Positions 58,039 to 64,000 of a stretch of DNA of 64,000 nt are shown here, in pieces. Made by a program: the position numbers and the translations under genes. Numbering within the stretch: position 1 is the stretch's first letter; each line of letters opens with the position of its first letter. Origin of the DNA: Candidatus Nomurabacteria bacterium (GTDB lineage Bacteria > Patescibacteriota > Minisyncoccia > Phycocordibacterales > SBAW01); the NCBI GenBank assembly GCA_943356415.1, contig CALREW010000001.1:357745-421744 (forward strand), written 5' to 3'. The notes below the pieces were generated by a model. That model made no database searches. It was not told where the DNA came from and was given only the letters and a program-made list of their open reading frames with translations.

Positions 58039-58704
58039 TCAGCCGAACTTCCAGCCCAGGCGAACCTTGAACTTCTGCCCGGCACTTCCCGTCACCGGAT
58101 CGGTGGCGATCATAAGCGCCCGGGTGTAGAGATCCTCGGCGAGGCCGATCATCCCACGACGGCGATGCAGAAGCGCGGCGCGCAGGAGCACCCGGCAGAA
58201 CTGCCGGAGCGCCTGGACGTTGTCTTGCTCGTTCTCGACATCTCGCCGTAGCCGAAGCGCGCCGTTGAGGTAGTCGAGCACCTCTTCATCTGACCGTCCG
58301 GAGTAACAACAAACCTCTGCCATACCGATGCGCAGCAGCGCTTCGCTGTGCGGGACAGGATTCTTCATAAGCCCCGCGAGTAGGAAGTTCTCGGCGACGA
58401 AGAAGTTGCGGTGGGCGATCATGACCGTGCCGATGACGTCGCACTGGCCGTCACTGAGCCGGTCAATATTTCCACCGATAATCCTGATTGTCCGTTGCAC
58501 CTCGCCCACTGCCAGGCTGAGGAACCCTGGGACGATGCGATACGAGTACCACACCGAAGCGCGCTTCACAGCGGCATCTTTGTGTCTGCCAGCCACCTCG
58601 AGCTCCTTCGCCTCGCGAAGCCCTTCGATCAAGCCACCGAGCGTGTGGTCCCAGATCTTCTGCCGCAGGCTAACCTGCGCCTCAGGCGGCGGTTGAGTCG
58701 CCAT
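58039..58704 (-). CDS. Hypothetical helical (TPR-like) protein (high-GC module)
   Basis: ATG after GGAGAGG; promoter candidate TTGATT-N16-CATAAT at 58749-58776; no recognisable family motif. Confidence 0.6.
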   Translation of the reverse strand: MATQPPPEAQVSLRQKIWDHTLGGLIEGLREAKELEVAGRHKDAAVKRASVWYSYRIVPGFLSLAVGEVQRTIRIIGGNIDRLSDGQCDVIGTVMIAHRNFFVAENFLLAGLMKNPVPHSEALLRIGMAEVCCYSGRSDEEVLDYLNGALRLRRDVENEQDNVQALRQFCRVLLRAALLHRRRGMIGLAEDLYTRALMIATDPVTGSAGQKFKVRLGWKFG

Positions 58705-58888
58705 GTTGCCTCTCCAAGCTACAGGCCTCCATAGGCCTTCCACGCAACATTATGTCACAAAATATTTAATAATCAATATATCGCGTTTTCTCTTTACTAA
58801 CTCACTTTTCTCTGCGATTGTAATGCGCGGAACCGGTAGAGCCGGCTTTTTGTAACCCTGGATCACTGCTAAAGAAAGGCAGGGGCGC

Positions 58889-59794
58889 ATGCTCCGTAGA
58901 AATACCCCAAACAGCGACATCGCCCACCACGCAACTCGCGTAGGGCCGATGAAGATGGGTGCGGTGTCCGTCGGCGCATCGCTCTTCCCGGGACGTATCG
59001 ATGGCGTACAGACAAACTGGACTCTCGCGCGGCTCGAACTTGATGCTCCAGGCGTCGAGCGCGTCGTGCGCCTGCGTCAGGTTGCCGAAGCGCTGGGGCT
59101 GAAAACCATATGGTCCCCCTCCCCAGTGAAGTTCAACGGCCGCATCTGCTCGCGCAGCGAGCTGAAGATCCGCGTCTCGATTGACGCCACGCAAGACATC
59201 GCCATCATGCGTGGCATGGAAGCCGATGGGTGCCTCATCGCTCCGACCGAATCGCTCATCATGAGCGTCGGTGGATGTGCGGTCGTGGTCATGGAGTATC
59301 AGGGGCGCGTGGTCGCCGCGCATGCGGGACTCAAGTGCTTCTACGACCACGAGTTGGCGATCTCGGGCACGAAGACCCCAAACCGCGAACATGAAAGCGT
59401 CGTCGAGGCGGCAGGCCGAGCACTCACAACCGGTGGCGCTGCGCTTGACCCGACACAACTTCATGTGCGCGTACTGTTTCCGCTTTCGCGGAAAGTGCAC
59501 ACGCATTCGCTGAAGGACACGGTGCACGGAGCAAACAACGAACGGCTCCATCAACACTTCATCAAGAAGTGGGGCACCGGCTGTGGTGTGCGGCTCGAGC
59601 AGGATGGCCACACGCTCTCCTTCGATACGCTCGCCATCGTCCGAGCCCAGTGCGAGAGGTATTTCAAACTCGACCCGCTACAAGTCGAGCGCGTGGGGCC
59701 CTTCGCGGATGCCATTCCCTACGCCCATCACACTCGTCTTCCGGGCGAAGCGGGCAAGATGCGCAACCTGGTCGTCATCAAGAACTTGGGCTGA
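58889..59794 (+). CDS. Divergent YfiH/PgeF-like (laccase domain) protein (high-GC module)
   Basis: EADG, VGGC (for ADC), VAAHAG, C-terminal RNLVVI. Confidence 0.6.
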   Translation: MLRRNTPNSDIAHHATRVGPMKMGAVSVGASLFPGRIDGVQTNWTLARLELDAPGVERVVRLRQVAEALGLKTIWSPSPVKFNGRICSRSELKIRVSIDATQDIAIMRGMEADGCLIAPTESLIMSVGGCAVVVMEYQGRVVAAHAGLKCFYDHELAISGTKTPNREHESVVEAAGRALTTGGAALDPTQLHVRVLFPLSRKVHTHSLKDTVHGANNERLHQHFIKKWGTGCGVRLEQDGHTLSFDTLAIVRAQCERYFKLDPLQVERVGPFADAIPYAHHTRLPGEAGKMRNLVVIKNLG

Positions 59795-59813
59795 CTTCTC
59801 GGTCACCCCGCAC

Positions 59814-59852
59814 ACCGCCGGCCCGAACTTCGGGGCCGGCGGTCGTCTTTTT
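59814..59852 (+). terminator. Intrinsic terminator
   Basis: ACCGCCGGCCC-GAACTTCG-GGGCCGGCGGT then CGTCTTTTT. Confidence 0.7.
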
Positions 59853-59885
59853 ATGGAGCGCGCTTGAAGTGGTAGCATGGCACGT

Positions 59886-61304
59886 ATGAATCGCGAGCAC
59901 GTTCACTTTATAGGTATCGGTGGCGTTGGCATGAGCGCGGTGGCCAAAATACTTATCGACAGCGGTTCTACCGTCACCGGCTCAGACGAGGCAGTATATG
60001 AACCTGTTGCCTCCTACCTGACCTTAAGTGGCATCTCGTACAAAACACCCTACGCTGCCGAAAATATCCCCACTGATGTTAACCGCATTGTTGTCGGGAA
60101 AAACGCAAAATTAACCAAAGAAAATAATGCTGAGGTGCGCGAAGCATACGCACGAGGAGTCCCCGTTATTTCTTATCCTGAAATGCTCGCCGAACTTGCG
60201 CAAAACTCTGAACAGATTGTGATCGCGGGCAGTTACGGAAAATCGACTGCAACAGCGCTTATCGCACACTGCTTAACCGAAGCAAATCTTGACCCGTCCT
60301 ACTTTATAGGAGCCGTTCCCTTTTCCCCAAGCGAGAGTGGTCACACAGGGACTGGCAACCTTTTTGTCCTTGAAGGTGACGAATACCCATCCTCCAACGA
60401 AGACCCTCGCTCGAAGTTTCTTCATTTTTCTCCCCGTCACCTACTTCTTACTCCTCTCTCACACGACCATCTCAATATTTTCCCCACGGAAGAAGCGTAT
60501 CTAGCGCCATTTGTAGAACTCATAGCGAAAGTCCCGGCCGATGGTTCAGTGACCGTCGCACTGAGTGGCGAACTCTCCAAAAAATTCCTTGCCGACACGA
60601 ATCGAAACGCAACGACATACAGCGTAAGTGAGGGCGATTGGCACGCGAGCAATATTGTCTACGGCGCTCCAACGACATTTTCCATACTAAATAACGGAAA
60701 GCATATTGTTGATATTTCGACCCAAGAGCTTGGTTCACATGCAGTTGAAAACATTATTGGCGTTGCAGCACTTCTTCTTGGTCAATCGCTTATCACCGCA
60801 GAACAATTTGCAGGTGCCATCAGTTCATTCAAAGGCATCCGTCGTAGACTCGATCTGAAATCAACAAAAACATCCGTGCGCATCTACGAAGGATTTGGCT
60901 CATCCATAGAAAAAGCGAAGGCTGCAATCGCGGCGATGAAATTACATTTCCCCGACCGACGCCTCCTCATTGCCTTTGAGCCGCACACCTTCTCATGGCG
61001 CAACCGGGGAGCACTACCCTGGTATGACAGTGTCTTTGCCGGCGCAGCAGAAGTATTTGTCTACGAACCACCGTCCCACGGCGCCGGCACACATGACCAA
61101 ATAAACCTTGAAGAGATAGTTGCGCGCGTGCAAAGCGCGGGTATTAAAGCGGTGGGTGTTGAAAATGCGGAAGCCGGGCTTTCTGCTATTGCGCAAACAC
61201 TTACGGCGGACGACGTTATTCTTATACTCACCTCAGGAGACATGGGCGGTATGGTGGAAGCATTGCCGAAACTTGCAGAAGAACACTACCCGAAACAGAC
61301 ATGA
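59886..61304 (+). CDS. Mur ligase, MurC/Mpl family
   Basis: HFIGIGGVGMSAVA, GSD, AGSYGKSTAT, EGDEY, DH, FKGIRRR, FEPH. Start 59886 is preferred over 59877 because TGGTAGCAT lies 7 nt upstream. Confidence 0.9.
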   Translation: MNREHVHFIGIGGVGMSAVAKILIDSGSTVTGSDEAVYEPVASYLTLSGISYKTPYAAENIPTDVNRIVVGKNAKLTKENNAEVREAYARGVPVISYPEMLAELAQNSEQIVIAGSYGKSTATALIAHCLTEANLDPSYFIGAVPFSPSESGHTGTGNLFVLEGDEYPSSNEDPRSKFLHFSPRHLLLTPLSHDHLNIFPTEEAYLAPFVELIAKVPADGSVTVALSGELSKKFLADTNRNATTYSVSEGDWHASNIVYGAPTTFSILNNGKHIVDISTQELGSHAVENIIGVAALLLGQSLITAEQFAGAISSFKGIRRRLDLKSTKTSVRIYEGFGSSIEKAKAAIAAMKLHFPDRRLLIAFEPHTFSWRNRGALPWYDSVFAGAAEVFVYEPPSHGAGTHDQINLEEIVARVQSAGIKAVGVENAEAGLSAIAQTLTADDVILILTSGDMGGMVEALPKLAEEHYPKQT

Positions 61305-62050
61305 AAATCTGGCACAGCGAATTTCTTCAAAACTACGGGACGTATACGTTCGGCTACGGCGTATATGCGTCACTTGAGAAAAGTGACAAACTCTCTGCAA
61401 TATACGAGCAAGGCTTTCTTCCGTATTCCGGATCAAAGGAAGTAACCGACTCGCTGTATATGGCCCGCAGTGCTCGTGTCAGCCTTCCACAATTTGAACC
61501 CTCAAGCGAGAACCGTCGCATTTTAAAAAAGTTTGACGGGGTTTTTACTAAAAGCCCAGTAACCGCTGCAACATTCGCAGAAGACAAAGAACGTATTGCT
61601 TTTGCGCTCTCCTATTTTGCCAAGCGCCACGATGCAAAACTGATGCCTGAGGAGCGTTTGAAACTCATACTCGCTCACGCCGTCGCTCCATGTGCGGTTC
61701 AGTATGAAAAAGACGGTAAACTCGCCGCATTGACACTGCTTGATGGAGATACTGCGATGCAACATTTCTGGTACTCCTTCTACGACCTCTCGATGGTGGA
61801 TCAATCGCTCGGCATGTGGCTAATGCTCGATGCCGCACGTGATGCAAAAGCAGAAGGCAAAGAGCATTTCTACGTAGGAACGGTCTACGGCGAAAAGGCG
61901 CTCTACAAAACAAACTTCCCCGCTCTCTCTTGGTGGGACGGCAAAGACTGGCAAGAAGATGTGTCGGCACTTAAAGCACGGGCGCGCACTGATAGTGAGC
62001 GTACCGCGGGCGGGCGGGATGTGTGGAAGGCGGAAGAAGAATTATTTTAA
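61301..62050 (+). CDS. Arginyl/leucyl-tRNA--protein transferase-like (ATE1/Bpt fold)
   Basis: YEQGF, RVSL..F..S...RRILKK (ATE_N-like); FYD...SLGMWLML, HFYVG, YK..F...W (ATE_C-like). Confidence 0.7.
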   Translation: MKIWHSEFLQNYGTYTFGYGVYASLEKSDKLSAIYEQGFLPYSGSKEVTDSLYMARSARVSLPQFEPSSENRRILKKFDGVFTKSPVTAATFAEDKERIAFALSYFAKRHDAKLMPEERLKLILAHAVAPCAVQYEKDGKLAALTLLDGDTAMQHFWYSFYDLSMVDQSLGMWLMLDAARDAKAEGKEHFYVGTVYGEKALYKTNFPALSWWDGKDWQEDVSALKARARTDSERTAGGRDVWKAEEELF

Positions 62051-62056
62051 TGAACT

Positions 62057-62095
62057 CAAAACAAAAGACGCCCCCGTGGGGCGTCTTTTGTTTTG
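62057..62095. terminator. Bidirectional terminator between convergent genes
   Basis: CAAAACAAAAGACGCCCC-CGT-GGGGCGTCTTTTGTTTTG. Confidence 0.85.
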
Positions 62096-62108
62096 CAAGA
62101 GTAACTAC

Positions 62109-62714
62109 TTAGTTGAGTGGCTTCTCCGGCGGGACAAGCACTCCGCTTACCAAGTACACAATGCCGTTTTTAGCTTTGTATTGCTTGATGATGAAAGCGC
62201 CGTTTACCATCGCGCTATTGCCTGGGTCGTGCACCGCGAAGTTAAGTGCGTCTTTTGAGAGCGCCATGATAGTGCTCGTCTCAACCGCTGAGGTATCCAC
62301 CGCGCGACCGGAGACAACATGGTATTGAACCAAGCGCTTCTTTTGCGTCGCCGACATATTCGTCAACGTCCCTGGTGTCAGAAGATTGAACGCTCCGTTC
62401 GTTGGTACAAATATCGTATAGGTACCCGTCTTTGATATCGACGCCGCTACCCCCGTTGAGGCAAAAAGTGATGCAAACGAACTTGCCTCGGGAATACCCG
62501 CAATAACTGACGCGACGTCAGAATTCGTTCGGTCTTCACGCACAATCGGCGTTGCCGCTGGTGTGGTATCCGTAGTTGTCGCTGTGGGAGAAGGTGTAAC
62601 CACAACATCAGTGCCACTGCGATCACCGTTCCACCACCACACACCAAAACCAATGACAACGATAAGAATAAGACCGCCCACAACCCACGCACCGGTGTTA
62701 CTTGTGCCGTTCAT
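62109..62714 (-). CDS. Membrane-anchored fasciclin (FAS1) domain protein
   Basis: TIFVPTNGAF, YHVV, NGIVYLVSGVLVP; Thr/Pro linker. Confidence 0.9.
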   Translation of the reverse strand: MNGTSNTGAWVVGGLILIVVIGFGVWWWNGDRSGTDVVVTPSPTATTTDTTPAATPIVREDRTNSDVASVIAGIPEASSFASLFASTGVAASISKTGTYTIFVPTNGAFNLLTPGTLTNMSATQKKRLVQYHVVSGRAVDTSAVETSTIMALSKDALNFAVHDPGNSAMVNGAFIIKQYKAKNGIVYLVSGVLVPPEKPLN

Positions 62715-62880
62715 AAGAAGAATTGATTATACGCTTCTAAATAAGAGAAAATCTACCTACCGTCAATAGTACATCGTAGTCCTTCTTCATGAAGAACGAA
62801 TGAGTACAGCGTTTGGTGACGCGCGACAGCCAACATCCTATGGCGTAGTATTGGGGTATTACGAGCCTCAGAAATTCTGT

Positions 62881-63636
62881 ATGGATATACTCCTCCCCAT
62901 CGTCATTGCCGCTGTCGTCATCGTTTTGGTCAGCATCCGCCAGATAAACCAATATGAAAAAGGGTTGCGCTTTACGTTTGGCAAATTCACCGCAACGCTC
63001 GAGCCAGGCTGGCGCCTCGTGTTTCCTATCATCCAGTTCCACAAGAAAGTAGACATGCGCATCAAAGCTGTCGACGTGCCACACCAAAAAGCTATCACAC
63101 GAGACAACGTGTCCGTCGAGGTAAACGCCGTTATCTATTACCAAGTCGCTTCCGCAGAAAAGGCGATCCTCGGTATCGAAGATTTTATGTACGCGGTATC
63201 TCAATATGCACAAACAACCATGCGAAATATCGTGGGTGGAGTAACTCTCGACGAACTATTAACAAACCGCGAAAAAATAGCTGAGCATATCCGCGAAGTT
63301 GTCGACAAAGAGACCGATGCGTGGGGTCTTAAAGTCCATAACGTAGAACTCAAGGACGTATCGCTGCCTGAGAACATGGAACGCACCATCGCCAAGCAAG
63401 CCGAGGCTGAACGCGAAAAGCGCGCGGTTATCATCACCTCTGAAGGTGAACTTGCAGCATCACAGAACATGGCAGAAGCTGCCCGAACGCTTTCGGCGTC
63501 CCCGGGCGCACTTCATTTGCGCACTTTGCAATCAATAAACGATATCTCTTCAGATCAGTCCAATACCGTTGTCTTCACGGTACCCATGGAACTACTCGAA
63601 GCGTTCAAGGGTTTTGCGAAGAAGCTAGGTCAGTAG
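62881..63636 (+). CDS. SPFH/stomatin (slipin) family protein
   Basis: ITRDNVSV, AQTTMR, WGLKV..VELKDV, QAEAEREKRA, LRTLQ. Confidence 0.93.
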   Translation: MDILLPIVIAAVVIVLVSIRQINQYEKGLRFTFGKFTATLEPGWRLVFPIIQFHKKVDMRIKAVDVPHQKAITRDNVSVEVNAVIYYQVASAEKAILGIEDFMYAVSQYAQTTMRNIVGGVTLDELLTNREKIAEHIREVVDKETDAWGLKVHNVELKDVSLPENMERTIAKQAEAEREKRAVIITSEGELAASQNMAEAARTLSASPGALHLRTLQSINDISSDQSNTVVFTVPMELLEAFKGFAKKLGQ

Positions 63637-63664
63637 AAAAAGAGCGCCTCGGCGCTCTTTTTCT
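63637..63664 (+). terminator. Intrinsic terminator
   Basis: AAAAAGAGCGCC-TC-GGCGCTCTTTTT. Confidence 0.8.
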
Positions 63665-63665
63665 T

Positions 63666-63795
63666 TGGTGCCGGAGGGGGCTTGGCCAAGAACATTTTTA
63701 CTCGCCGTCGCTCATAAAAATTTCTCGGCCCTGCTCGCACGACCCATTCTGCTGAACGGGTGCCCGTGCTCACCGTTCAAGTCCTCTCTCCGGCA
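63666..63795 (-). other. tRNA-3'-end-like inverted-repeat element (not a canonical tRNA)
   Basis: TGGTGCCGGAGGGGGCTTG at 63666 and GTTCAAGTCCTCTCTCCGGCA at 63775-63795. On the minus strand, a GCCGGAG/CTCCGGC stem ends in ACCA. Confidence 0.45.
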
Positions 63796-64000
63796 AAAAC
63801 GCAAAGGCCCCAGAGACATGCTCTGGGGACCTGAGCGGTTTGAGTGTCTCTATTGTACCAAGTTAGAACCTATTTTCAAAACAAATAACTCATCGCACAT
63901 CCGTGCGCTGAAGCGCCTCTGTGCGAAGCACAGAGCTTTCCCAAAGGGAAAGGACGGAATGTGCGAATACAAATGCGGACTCGGTTTTGCGAAACTATTT

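Noticed and set aside
63666-63795. Canonical tRNA-Leu gene
   Set aside because: No cloverleaf can be folded on either strand; kept only as a tRNA-like element.

Overview
A gene-dense bacterial chromosome segment, mostly on the minus strand. Its content and apparently leaderless gene starts suggest a Patescibacteria/CPR (Parcubacteria-like) genome, which is an inference. It runs from obgE (partial), an ABC-2 pair, secA and murB into a ~37 kb cell-surface glycan region: O-antigen-ligase/TPR, GtrA, YfhO/ArnT-type GT-C enzymes, GT2/GT4/GT47, methyltransferases, a NeuB/NeuA nonulosonate module, Wzx and a TagF-like protein. It then carries a lamin-tail surface protein, a VirD4/TrwB-like ATPase, a complete Liv-type ABC importer with a TrmB regulator, rsmI, a Mur ligase coupled to an ATE/Bpt-like transferase, fasciclin and SPFH genes, and a hairpin-rich tRNA-like tail. 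The most striking pattern is six compositionally distinct (C/G-ending codon) single-gene modules. Each has a candidate -35/-10 promoter, a Shine-Dalgarno-like site and a GC hairpin terminator, while the neighbouring genes appear leaderless. Two unrelated modules share a near-identical ~90-bp 3' end. Other highlights are an unannotated 21-aa lysine-rich peptide behind a perfect DnaA box and an animal NANS-like sialic acid/KDN 9-phosphate route. No CRISPR array, rRNA, integrase or transposase was seen. All calls come from reading motifs by eye; no database searches were run.
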